From: Actinomycetota bacterium
GTDB lineage: Bacteria > Actinomycetota > UBA4738 > HRBIN12
Direction of reading: 5' to 3'
Length of the DNA stretch: 62,803 nt
Assembly: GCA_035535815.1 (NCBI GenBank)
Contig: DATLPI010000056.1
Coordinates: 1 to 62,803 of the forward strand
Part shown: positions 51,172 through 60,014 of the stretch, piece by piece
How the letters are laid out: each line of letters begins with the position of its first letter
Numbering within the stretch: position 1 is the stretch's first letter
Position numbers and translations under genes: made by a program
The notes under the pieces: model-generated
What the model was told of the DNA's origin: nothing
The model's database searches: none
What the model saw: only the letters and a program-made list of their open reading frames with translations

Positions 51172-52521
51172 TCAGTGGTCGCTGACGCCGGAGAAGTTGA
51201 ACTCTTCCACCTTGAGCGCGGGCACGCGTGAGGCGCTGAAGAAGAACTCGCTCGCCAGCTCGGCCTGACGGCCCACCATCGACGTGGTGGACAGCGCGCC
51301 GAGGATCGACTGCGTGAACCGGAAGTTCCGTACCGGACCGACGACCTCGCCGCGTTCGATCAGGAACGTGCCGTCGCGCGTCATACCGGTGATCGAGCTC
51401 TCGATCGGGTTCACGATGTTGGCGTAGTGGAACCTGGTCACCAGCACGCCGCGTTCCGTGCCCTTCACCATGTCCTCGACGGTGGCGTCCCCGGTGTCCA
51501 TGAACAGGTTGAGCGGGAACGGTCCCTCGGGGTTGGGCGAGGGGAGGCCGTGCCCGGTCGAGGGGACGCCCGCCTCCTTGCCGGTCCGCAGGTCGTAGAC
51601 CGCATCCAGGAACACCCCGTCGCGGATCAGGTCGACGCGCCGTTTGGGCACGCCTTCGAAGTCGAACGGCGCTCCCAGCGTGCGCGGGTCGGCGCCGTCG
51701 TCCCAGATCGAGACCGACGGCGCCGCCACCTGCTGGTCCTTCTTGCCGCTGAAGCAGGAGCGGTCCTCCAGGTAGCCCTTGCCGCCGAACCCGACCCAGG
51801 CCAGGAACCCGATCAGGGTGGCCACCGCCGCCGGCTCCAGCACCACCGGGTAGACGCCCGCATCGAGGGCCTTCGGTGAGCGCGAACCCAGGGCTTTGCC
51901 GTTGGCGCGACGGCCGACCGCGGCCGCGTCGATCGTCTCGACCGATCCGGAGAACGTCTCGGCGAAGCCGCTGCCGCCCTCGGAGCCCGACATCACCGTG
52001 GTGACCGAGGCTTGCGTGGAAGGCGCCCAGCATCGCTGGCCTTCGGTGTTCGCGAGCCCGACCTCCATCGCCATGGTTTCGTAGGCGCCGGCGGCCGTGA
52101 ACCCGGGTGCGCACGTGCCGATCAGGTCGGCGACGCCTTCGGCCCGCATCTCGGGCGAGGCGTTCGCCGTTCCCTCGAAGAACCGATCCACCTGCGGCGT
52201 GGGGGCGACGGGCCCCAGGCCCGGCCACAGCGGGTCGGGTCCGACGATCTCGGCCATCTCCTTGGCGCTCTGCGCGGCCTTGCGCGCCCCTTTCGGGGTG
52301 CACTCGTTCGTCGCCGCCACGCCGACGCGACCCTTCGACACCACGCGGACCCGCAGGCCGGTGTCCTCCCGGTTCGTGCTCTGGTGGATCTCGCTCTTGG
52401 CGAACCTCGTCAACCCGCCCCACTCGTGCAGGAACAGCACCTCGACGCCGTCGACGCCGGCCAGCTCCAGCGCGGCGTCGGCGACCGGCGCGAACCCATC
52501 GGCACCCAGCAGCTCGGGCAT
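51172..52521 (-). CDS. pmbA: TldE/PmbA-family metalloprotease subunit
   Basis: 449 aa from ATG 52521, which shares its A with the tldD stop (TGATG). TldD/PmbA-fold motifs include GHGLPSP and FSGVSDH-type C-terminus. Trimmed from the 527-aa track ORF. Confidence 0.8.
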   Translation of the reverse strand: MPELLGADGFAPVADAALELAGVDGVEVLFLHEWGGLTRFAKSEIHQSTNREDTGLRVRVVSKGRVGVAATNECTPKGARKAAQSAKEMAEIVGPDPLWPGLGPVAPTPQVDRFFEGTANASPEMRAEGVADLIGTCAPGFTAAGAYETMAMEVGLANTEGQRCWAPSTQASVTTVMSGSEGGSGFAETFSGSVETIDAAAVGRRANGKALGSRSPKALDAGVYPVVLEPAAVATLIGFLAWVGFGGKGYLEDRSCFSGKKDQQVAAPSVSIWDDGADPRTLGAPFDFEGVPKRRVDLIRDGVFLDAVYDLRTGKEAGVPSTGHGLPSPNPEGPFPLNLFMDTGDATVEDMVKGTERGVLVTRFHYANIVNPIESSITGMTRDGTFLIERGEVVGPVRNFRFTQSILGALSTTSMVGRQAELASEFFFSASRVPALKVEEFNFSGVSDH

Positions 52522-53969
52522 CAGCGCACCCCCACCTGGACGTTGCGGAACCGCGCCGGCGAGGCGCCGTGACCCACCCGGCCCACCTGCCCGGGCTGGC
52601 CCTTGCCGCAGTTGGGCGTGCCCCACACCACCCAGTCCTCGCGCCCGCCAACCGCGTCGCAGGAGCCCCAGAACTCCGGTGCGAGCCCGGTGTAGTTCGG
52701 GTTCTTGTAGAGGGTCGTCAGTTTGCCGTGCTCGATGCGCCACGCCATCTCGCATCCGAACTGGAAGTTGATGCGCTTGTCATCGATCGACCACGACGTG
52801 TTCGTGGACATGAAGATGCCGTCGTCGGTGTCGCCGATGATCTCGGCCAGCGTGCCTTCACGCGGTTCGATCGAGATGTTCGTCATGCGTATCAGCGGCA
52901 GGTGGCTCCACCCATCGGCTCGACTCGTGGCGTTCGAGGTCTGGCCCACCACCGGCGCCGTCTCCCGGGAGGTCAGGAAGTTCTCGAACATGCCGTCGAC
53001 GATGATCGGAGTGGACTGCGCCGGCACGCCTTCGTCGTCGAACCCGAACGTGCCGAGCCCACCCGCGAGCGTCGCGTCGGCGGTGATCGAGACGAGGTCG
53101 CTCGCGTAACGCACCTTCCCCCGGTCGTCCGGCGTGAGCCAGGACCCGCCGGCGAAGGCCTCCTCCATGCCGAGCACGCGGTCGAGCTCGATGGGGTGGC
53201 CGATCGACTCGTGGATCTGCAGTTCCATCTGGCCGCTGTCCAGCACCAGGGTGGTGACCTCGCTGGGACATTCGGGCGCGTTCAACAGGTCGACGGCTTC
53301 CTGGCCGATGCGTTCGGCCTCTTCGATCAGGCCGAGCGTACGGATGTGCTCGTAGCCCGCCGCCTTGATGTGACCGCGGAACGAGTTGGGGTAACTGCGG
53401 CGCTGCATGTCACCGTCGCCCACCGCGATGGCCTCGGTGCCGCCGCCCGAGTGCAGCATGACCTGTTCGATCGCGGCACCGTCGCTGGAGGCGAACCAGG
53501 TCGAGCGACGGAAGAAGTCCAGCCCCGCCTCGGCGAACGTAAGGCCATCGACCGATTGCATCCGCCGCGTGGCCTCCATCAGCAGCGCCACCTTCTCTTC
53601 CAGCGGCACCGTGAACGGATCCTCCTGCATCGGGCCCTGCCAGCTGGCGACCGCGGGCTCCACGGGCGACAGCGTCACTGGCTCGCCAGGGAGCCGCTGC
53701 GCCGCTTTCGCGATCTCGACGGCGAGGACGGCCGTTCGCGTGATCTCCTCGGGTTCCAGCCGGGAGGTCGAGGCGAACCCCCACCGGCCGCCCACCAGCA
53801 CGCGGATCCCGACCCCGGTGGAGATCGAACGGTCGATGCCGGCCATCTCCTGGTTGCGGACGGTGAGCGACTCGGTCTCGTCGGTGCCCGCGCGCGCATC
53901 CGCGAGATCGGCTCCTGCAGCTGTGGCGGCCTCGACCGCCATCTTCGCGACGTCCAGCACCCAGATCAT
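52521..53969 (-). CDS. tldD: TldD-family metalloprotease subunit
   Basis: 482 aa from ATG 53969, with GGCGGAGGG upstream. Contains the HESIGHPIELD metal-binding motif and GTPNCGKGQP. Trimmed from the 648-aa track ORF. Confidence 0.85.
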   Translation of the reverse strand: MIWVLDVAKMAVEAATAAGADLADARAGTDETESLTVRNQEMAGIDRSISTGVGIRVLVGGRWGFASTSRLEPEEITRTAVLAVEIAKAAQRLPGEPVTLSPVEPAVASWQGPMQEDPFTVPLEEKVALLMEATRRMQSVDGLTFAEAGLDFFRRSTWFASSDGAAIEQVMLHSGGGTEAIAVGDGDMQRRSYPNSFRGHIKAAGYEHIRTLGLIEEAERIGQEAVDLLNAPECPSEVTTLVLDSGQMELQIHESIGHPIELDRVLGMEEAFAGGSWLTPDDRGKVRYASDLVSITADATLAGGLGTFGFDDEGVPAQSTPIIVDGMFENFLTSRETAPVVGQTSNATSRADGWSHLPLIRMTNISIEPREGTLAEIIGDTDDGIFMSTNTSWSIDDKRINFQFGCEMAWRIEHGKLTTLYKNPNYTGLAPEFWGSCDAVGGREDWVVWGTPNCGKGQPGQVGRVGHGASPARFRNVQVGVR

Positions 53970-54128
53970 CCCTCCGCCTGCCCGCCCGGGGGCACCTGGT
54001 CCGCCTGCGCCGCTGCGCCTGAGGGGCCACAGGTCCCGGCGGAACCGGGGCATCCTACCCGGTGGCCGCGGCATCCATCGCCCTACGGTGAACTGGATAC
54101 GAACGCGAACGGAACGGAAGGAGCAACG

Positions 54129-54614
54129 ATGATCCTGGTGGCGTACGCGAGCAAGCACGGATCGACCGAAGGCATCGCACAAGCGATCGCGAAGCGGCTG
54201 GACTACCGCGACCTCGATGCGCGGGCGCACACCGTCCACGAGCTCGAGGACGTGGGGCGGCCGCAGGCCGTGGTGCTGGGCAGCGCCGTCTACGCCGGGT
54301 CGTGGATGAAGGACGCCGTACGGTTCGCCGAGGCACACGCCGAGGCACTGGCCGACGTGCCCGTGTGGCTCTTCAGCAGCGGCCCGCTCGGCGAGGAGAT
54401 CAAGGATGAGGAGGAACAACCTCGCCAGCTCCCCGAGCTGCGCCAGCTCCTCGACCCCCGCGAGCATCGCGTGTTCTTCGGCGCGCTCGATCGCGAGAAG
54501 CTGAGCTTCAGCGAACGCATGATCGTGAAGGCGGTCAAGGCGCCCGACGGCGACTTCCGCGACTGGGACGCGATCAATGGCTGGGCCGACGAGATCGCCG
54601 ACGAACTCCGCTGA
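54129..54614 (+). CDS. Flavodoxin-domain protein (HemG-like long-loop type)
   Basis: 161 aa from ATG 54129, with GGAAGGAG upstream. Contains MILVAYASKHGSTEGIAQAIA and VVLGSAVYAG. It is in frame with, but distinct from, the long antisense ORF 52107-54614. Confidence 0.8.
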   Translation: MILVAYASKHGSTEGIAQAIAKRLDYRDLDARAHTVHELEDVGRPQAVVLGSAVYAGSWMKDAVRFAEAHAEALADVPVWLFSSGPLGEEIKDEEEQPRQLPELRQLLDPREHRVFFGALDREKLSFSERMIVKAVKAPDGDFRDWDAINGWADEIADELR

Positions 54615-54690
54615 ATCACCTGGTTGGTCCGGTCCGCGCTCTCGGTGGGATGATGCGCACCGTCACACATCCAACCGAAGGAGTCCTGAG

Positions 54691-55065
54691 ATGCCCGTCG
54701 AGCGCGCCGCCGACCACCCCACGTTCGAACTCGGTGGCAACACGATCACCAGCCTCGCCGCTCCCGCCCGTGGCGCCGACGAAGCGGCGTTGTTCCGCAT
54801 CGACGTGCCGGGCGGTGGCGGTCTGCCTGCCCACCACCACGATCACCTCGACGTGTTCACGGTGGAGCGGGGAGGCGGCACGTTCCACATCGGCGAGGAG
54901 ACCTTCGAACTCACCGCGGGTGATTCGGTGGTCGTGCCGATCGGGGAGGTCCACTACCTGGTGGCCGGGGCCGAAGGCGCCTCGATGGTCGTGACGATGC
55001 TCCCCGGGACCATCCTCGTTCGCGCCGACGACGGCGTCGAGCTCGTCCCACCGTGGGTGAGCTAG
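54691..55065 (+). CDS. Cupin-domain protein
   Basis: 124 aa with GAAGGAG upstream. Contains GGGLPAHHHDHLDVFTVERG..GDSVVVPIGEVHYL. Confidence 0.7.
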   Translation: MPVERAADHPTFELGGNTITSLAAPARGADEAALFRIDVPGGGGLPAHHHDHLDVFTVERGGGTFHIGEETFELTAGDSVVVPIGEVHYLVAGAEGASMVVTMLPGTILVRADDGVELVPPWVS

Positions 55066-56261
55066 TCGTGGCCGGGTTCTACGTCTCCGACGTCACGGTG
55101 TTCGACGGCGCGAAGGTCCGCCGTCGCCACGGCGTCCTGGTGCGGGAAGGCCGTATCGCATGGGTGGGTCCGCACGCACGCGCGCCTCGGGAGGCCACGG
55201 GCGCCCGTGCGGTCGACGGCGCCGGCAAGACCCTGACGCCCGGTCTTGTCGACTGTCACGTGCACCTGTGCTTCGACGGGACCGGGGACTTCGCGGGGGA
55301 TGCGGCGCGGCTGCAGGCGTCGCCGATGCTCGCGCCGATCAAAGCGGTCCGCAACGCCGCGAAACATCTGGCCCGAGGGGTGACAACCGTGCGCGACCTC
55401 GGAGGGATCGGGACCTGCGAGCTCGCCTCGGCGATCGAGGACGGGGTCGTGCCGGGGCCGCGTGTCGTCGCGGCTGGCCGCGCACTCACCGTCACCGGTG
55501 GTCACGGCCACAACGTCGCCTTCGCCCGCCAGGTTGACGGCGCCGACGCCGTTCGCAAGGCCGTCCGTGAGGAGATCCTCGCCGGCGCCGCCGCGATCAA
55601 GGTGGTGGCCACCGGCGGCGTGCTCACGCCCGGGATCGGCGCCACGTTCACCGCCTTCACCCCCGAGGAGCTCGAGGCCGCCGTCGATGAAGCGCACAAG
55701 TGGAACCGGGGCGTCGCCGCGCACGCGATCGGCGCCGAGGGTGTCACCCAGTCGGTGACGGCCGGGGTCGATTCGGTGGAGCACTGCGTGCAGCTCACCA
55801 CGGCGTCGGCACGCCGCATGGCCGAACGCGGCACCTTCCGAGGGCCCACCTTGTGCGCGGCCTTCGGCATGATCGAGAACCCCGAGGGAACGCCGGCCTA
55901 TGCCCTGGAGAAGATCAGCTCGGTGATCGACGACGCCGAGCGCAGCAACGGCGTGGCGCTCCGGGCGAAGGTTCGCCACGTGTGCAGCACCGACGCGGGC
56001 ACCCCTTTCAACGAACACGGCAACGCGCCGCTGGAGCTTCAGCGGATGGTGGCCTGGGGCATGCGGCCGCTCGACGCGATGATCGCGGGGACCGCCAACG
56101 GCGCCGAGCTCCTTCGGGTGCCCGACATCGGTTCGGTCGCCGAGGGCATGCGCGCCGACCTCGCGCTCTACGACGCGAACCCCGCCGAGGACGTCGAGGC
56201 GCTCGACGCCCCGCGGACCGTCTGGAAGGACGGGCTCGTGGTGGCAGGTCGTCGCAGCTAG
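55053..56261 (+). CDS. Amidohydrolase-superfamily metal-dependent hydrolase
   Basis: 402 aa with GLVDCHVHL, IKVVATGG, HAIG and STDAG. The start is approximate (GTG 55053 or 55068). Confidence 0.8.
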   Translation: MGELVVAGFYVSDVTVFDGAKVRRRHGVLVREGRIAWVGPHARAPREATGARAVDGAGKTLTPGLVDCHVHLCFDGTGDFAGDAARLQASPMLAPIKAVRNAAKHLARGVTTVRDLGGIGTCELASAIEDGVVPGPRVVAAGRALTVTGGHGHNVAFARQVDGADAVRKAVREEILAGAAAIKVVATGGVLTPGIGATFTAFTPEELEAAVDEAHKWNRGVAAHAIGAEGVTQSVTAGVDSVEHCVQLTTASARRMAERGTFRGPTLCAAFGMIENPEGTPAYALEKISSVIDDAERSNGVALRAKVRHVCSTDAGTPFNEHGNAPLELQRMVAWGMRPLDAMIAGTANGAELLRVPDIGSVAEGMRADLALYDANPAEDVEALDAPRTVWKDGLVVAGRRS

Positions 56262-56269
56262 CGCAGGCT

Positions 56270-56767
56270 ATGGGCTTCCGTGACGAGATCCTGGCGGCGA
56301 ACGCCCGATTCGCCTCGGGCCTGCCCACGCTCGATCGTGCGGCGCGTCCCACGCGCGCGATCGCGGTGCTGGCGTGCATGGATGCCCGGCTGCGACCCGA
56401 GGACGCACTGGGCTTGGAGCTCGGCGAAGCCCACGTGATCCGCAACGCCGGCGGTCGTGCCAGCGACGATGCGATCCGGTCGCTCGCGCTGTCCTCGCAC
56501 CTGCTGGCCACTCGTACGTTCGCGGTCCTCCATCACACCGATTGCGGCCTGCTCGGGACCACGAACGAGGAACTGCACGGCCGCATCGCCGAGACCACGG
56601 GAGCCGACGTGCGGGCGATCGACTTCCTGCCCTTCGGCGATGCCCAGCAAGCGCTGGCCGAGGACGTGGAACGGATCCGGACCTCTCCGTTCATCGATGA
56701 CGAGGTCGAGGTGCTCGGGCTGCGCTACGACGTCCGGACCGGCGCCATCGAGGTCGCGGTTCCCTAG
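56270..56767 (+). CDS. Beta-class carbonic anhydrase
   Basis: 165 aa with zinc ligand motifs VLACMDAR and HHTDCG, plus IRNAGG. Trimmed to ATG 56270. Confidence 0.85.
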   Translation: MGFRDEILAANARFASGLPTLDRAARPTRAIAVLACMDARLRPEDALGLELGEAHVIRNAGGRASDDAIRSLALSSHLLATRTFAVLHHTDCGLLGTTNEELHGRIAETTGADVRAIDFLPFGDAQQALAEDVERIRTSPFIDDEVEVLGLRYDVRTGAIEVAVP

Positions 56768-57219
56768 CGGTCGCGCTCGAGGGCTCGCTCCAGCGCATCC
56801 ACGCCACGACCGAGCGCGGTGAGTTCCCGGGGGGGGAGGGTCCGCAGCAGCTCGGAGAACGCGGCCACCCTGCGCCGCCGCCCTTCGGTGAGCGCTGCCG
56901 CGCCGGCGTCCGTGGCACGCACCCGGACCGCTCGCGCATCGTCAGGGTCGGGTTCACGCGCCACGTAGCCGTCGCGCTGCAGACCGTCGACCAGGCGGGT
57001 CATCGTGGGGGGTTCGACCTGTTCGATCTGGGCGAGTTCGCCGATCCGGATGGGACCGGCGAACACCAGGACCGAGAGCACGGAGAGGCGCGGGGCAGAG
57101 ATGCCCAGCGCCTCATCCTCCACGCGCAGGCGACGCAACAGGTGGATCGCAGCCGAATGGAGCCGGTCGGCGACCGCGTCCACCTCTCGCGCTGGGGAAG
57201 TCCGCCGAGGCGTGGTCAT
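56764..57219 (-). CDS. MarR-family transcriptional regulator
   Basis: 151 aa with RLSVLSVLVFAGPIRIGELAQIEQVEPPTMTRLVDGLQRDGYV. Trimmed to ATG 57219. Confidence 0.85.
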   Translation of the reverse strand: MTTPRRTSPAREVDAVADRLHSAAIHLLRRLRVEDEALGISAPRLSVLSVLVFAGPIRIGELAQIEQVEPPTMTRLVDGLQRDGYVAREPDPDDARAVRVRATDAGAAALTEGRRRRVAAFSELLRTLPPRELTALGRGVDALERALERDR

Positions 57220-57277
57220 CTTGCTTCGTCCGTCATATTTAGTTAGGCTACGCAAATACAACCACGGGAGGCAAACC

Positions 57278-57934
57278 GTGACAAGCACATCGGCCGACCT
57301 CTTCGAGGCGATCGAGCAGGGCGACACCTCGCGGGTGCGCACGATCCTGGCCGCAGAGCCGACCCTGGCGGGGACGCGGGATCACGAAGGGGTCTCGGCG
57401 TTGATGCGCGCGCGCTACCGGATGGACAAGGACCTCATCCAGGCGGTGCACGAGCACGTGGACGAGCTCGACATCTTCGAGGCGGCGACCTTCGGCGATC
57501 TGGACCGGCTCACGGAGCTGCTGGCCTACGACCCGGCCTCGGTGGTGGAACGCTCGGGCGACGGGTTCACCGCGTTGCACCTCGCAGCCTTCTTCGGCGG
57601 CCCGGAGGTCACGTCGTTCCTGGTGACGCGCGGCTCGCAGGTGGACGCGCACGGCACCCGCTGGATGACCGGGACCCCACTGCACAGCGCCGCGAGCAGC
57701 GACCACGTCGACGTGGCCCGGGTGCTGCTGGAGGCGGGAGCGTCACCGGACGAACGTCAGTCGGGTGGCTGGACTTCGTTGCACGCCGCGGCCCACAACG
57801 GCAGCGCGGCGATGGTGACGCTCCTGCTGGAGGCCGGCGCCGATCCGGCGTTGGTGAACGACGACGGCCGAACGGCGCTCGACCTGGCTACCGAGCAGGG
57901 AGAGCCCGCGACGATCGCCCTCCTCGATGGCTGA
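57278..57934 (+). CDS. Ankyrin-repeat protein
   Basis: 218 aa from GTG 57278, with GGGAGG upstream. Repeats include GFTALHLAAFFGGPEVTSFLVTRGSQVD, TPLHSAASSDHVDVARVLLEAGASPD, WTSLHAAAHNGSAAMVTLLLEAGADP and GRTALDLA. Confidence 0.85.
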   Translation: MTSTSADLFEAIEQGDTSRVRTILAAEPTLAGTRDHEGVSALMRARYRMDKDLIQAVHEHVDELDIFEAATFGDLDRLTELLAYDPASVVERSGDGFTALHLAAFFGGPEVTSFLVTRGSQVDAHGTRWMTGTPLHSAASSDHVDVARVLLEAGASPDERQSGGWTSLHAAAHNGSAAMVTLLLEAGADPALVNDDGRTALDLATEQGEPATIALLDG

Positions 57935-57943
57935 CCCGGCCGA

Positions 57944-59023
57944 TCAGGCCGCGTACGGCGCGAACGTGTAGTCCTGCGCCACCGAATCGCAAGGGTTGCC
58001 GCGGCCGAACGTGATGCGACCGTCGGTGACGTCGGCGATGCACCAGAACACGGTCTTGGACGCGTCGCCGTGGCCGGGCTCTGGATGGCGGCAGATCGAG
58101 TCGGGCGCGCCCTCGTGATCGGACAAGACGGTGCGCAAGGTCTCCTCGGTGATCGATGCGGGCGGCTGTTCGGCGAGCAGGGTCCGGGCACGTTCGAACC
58201 GCACCGCGGAGCGCTTCGCGTAATCGGGGTCGCCTTCGAACGGCAGCATGCGATCGCACACGTAGTGGTTCGTGTGGGCGAGGTGGCCGGCATCGTCCAG
58301 CCCGGTGACCTCGGCGTCGGTGGCGCTGCCCTCGACGTTGGCCACGCCACCGTCGGCGCTCGTCAAGACGTTGTTGTAGCTGGAGGCGCGGTCGGAACGC
58401 AGCGCCATCGCCACCATGTCGTCGAGGGTGCGAGCGCGCATCATCTCGAGCACCTGATGGGACCGTGAGATCCCCACCTGCTCGTCGTTGGGGGAGAGCT
58501 CGTTGCCGGTGAGCGAGAGACCGGCGCTGTTCCACCCGACGGAGAGCCAGGGGATGCCCCCCAGTTGGAAGATCGTGGGGTCGCCGGTCACCCGCTTCTC
58601 GATCGCGACGATCTGGTCCTCCATCGCCGGACCGAGGTCGTTGGTGTGTCCGACCAGGAGATGCCCGTTCGCGGTGGCGGTGGGTCCGGCCACGACGTCG
58701 CTGCACCGGCCCTGGGTCACGCGCTCACGCGGTTCGTACCAGATCTCCTCCATCGAACACGCGAAGAACGCGAGCGGATCGACACCGGCGCCCTCGGCAC
58801 AGCCGTCGAGCTCCTCGATCAGCCAGGGGAGTCGAGCCGACGTGAGGTCGCGGTAGCCGGCGGCGAGTTCGAGCTGCTGATCGCGGGACCGCCCCGCGGG
58901 CAGGTCGTCGAACGCGGTGCGCAGCTCGCCCTGGATCCGGTCGCGGCCCATCTCGCCCAGCTGGCGCCCCACCTCGCGATGTGAGCCCTCGACGCGCAGG
59001 ATGTCGATCGTCGGCGGTGTCAT
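57944..59023 (-). CDS. Peptidase C45 family (acyl-CoA:6-APA acyltransferase-like, Ntn hydrolase fold)
   Basis: 359 aa. The candidate autoprocessing site is QGRCSDVVAG, and the overall pattern matches the C45 family. Assignment is by eye. Confidence 0.6.
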   Translation of the reverse strand: MTPPTIDILRVEGSHREVGRQLGEMGRDRIQGELRTAFDDLPAGRSRDQQLELAAGYRDLTSARLPWLIEELDGCAEGAGVDPLAFFACSMEEIWYEPRERVTQGRCSDVVAGPTATANGHLLVGHTNDLGPAMEDQIVAIEKRVTGDPTIFQLGGIPWLSVGWNSAGLSLTGNELSPNDEQVGISRSHQVLEMMRARTLDDMVAMALRSDRASSYNNVLTSADGGVANVEGSATDAEVTGLDDAGHLAHTNHYVCDRMLPFEGDPDYAKRSAVRFERARTLLAEQPPASITEETLRTVLSDHEGAPDSICRHPEPGHGDASKTVFWCIADVTDGRITFGRGNPCDSVAQDYTFAPYAA

Positions 59024-59050
59024 GGTCCGATGGTAGCGGGGCCGAAGACC

Positions 59051-59992
59051 CTAGGGCAGTGGCGGCATCGGCGGGGTCTCGCCCGCCGTCACGGCCGGAG
59101 CCATCACCACGGGGCGGGGCCTGTCGTGACCGGTTCGCCACGCCGCCACCACGATCGCGCCGAATCCCCACACCGCGGCCGCGGCGAACAGCGTGCCACC
59201 AAGGACGGGAACGAGCGCCAGCACCCGCAGGATGACCCACCCCAGCAGGAACGCCAGGACGAGCTTCCTCGGCTCCTTCAGCAGCAGCCGGCCCAGCGCG
59301 AGGGCGCCGGCGGTGTAGGCGACCGAATAGAGCAGCACCATGCCCGTGAGCAAGGCCACGCCGAACAACCCGCCCACGATCGTGACGAGCATGATCACCC
59401 CGAGGATCGGGATGCCCAGGAACAGCATGAACCCGAACCCGATCGAGCCGCCCACCGCGGTCCTGGCGGCGTTGGCGACGGCTTCGCCTCCCCGCGGGAA
59501 GAACCCGAACCACAACAGGCCGAACAGCAGGGACGAGATCGATGCCGCGAGCCAGAACGCCACACGGCCGAAGACCAGCAGGCCGTCGGTGCGCAGGCCG
59601 TTGCGCTGCACGTCGCCGCCCACCTCGCCGTCCAGGACGGGTTCCAACCGGGACATCACGTTGCCGGTCACGGATCCGGTCGCCGCCACGGTGACCCGGC
59701 CGTTGAGCGCGATGACGTCGCCGCTCACGTCGCCGTTGACGACGACGTCGCCGTTGAGCGCCACCGCGTTGCCGTTGACGCGCCCGTCGATCGTGGCGTC
59801 GCCGTCGAAGATGACCGCGTCCTCCACCGTGGTGCCGGACTCCACGGTGAGCTGGCCGGTGAGCACGATGAAGGGTTCGACGGCAGGGTCGTCGGTCGGG
59901 TTCAGGGTCTGGGCCGACGCAGCGGCGACGCCGAGGGCGAGGGTCGCCCCCAGCGCCAGCGCGAGGCTCGTGATCCGTGCGCTTCGTCGCAT
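59051..59992 (-). CDS. Membrane protein with signal peptide, bactofilin-like (polymer-forming cytoskeletal) beta-helix repeats and C-terminal TM bundle
   Basis: 313 aa from ATG 59992. The signal peptide is MRRSARITSLALALGATLALGVAAASA. The repeats read IDGRVNGNAVALNGDVVVNGDVSGDVIALNGRVTVAATGSVTGNVMS. Four to five TM helices follow. Confidence 0.6.
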   Translation of the reverse strand: MRRSARITSLALALGATLALGVAAASAQTLNPTDDPAVEPFIVLTGQLTVESGTTVEDAVIFDGDATIDGRVNGNAVALNGDVVVNGDVSGDVIALNGRVTVAATGSVTGNVMSRLEPVLDGEVGGDVQRNGLRTDGLLVFGRVAFWLAASISSLLFGLLWFGFFPRGGEAVANAARTAVGGSIGFGFMLFLGIPILGVIMLVTIVGGLFGVALLTGMVLLYSVAYTAGALALGRLLLKEPRKLVLAFLLGWVILRVLALVPVLGGTLFAAAAVWGFGAIVVAAWRTGHDRPRPVVMAPAVTAGETPPMPPLP

Positions 59993-60014
59993 GTGCAGAG
60001 ACCTCCAGGTCGGT

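Noticed and set aside
51172-53969. TldD/PmbA pair considered as the maturation protease of a RiPP (microcin B17-like) cluster.
   Set aside because: No precursor-peptide-like small ORF, cyclodehydratase, dehydrogenase or export genes flank the pair. TldD/E pairs are common housekeeping proteases.
52107-54128. 5' two-thirds of the 835-aa plus-strand ORF 52107-54614.
   Set aside because: This part is antisense to tldD/pmbA. Only the last 161 codons, from ATG 54129 with a GGAAGGAG RBS, form a flavodoxin-like protein. The in-frame fusion is coincidental.
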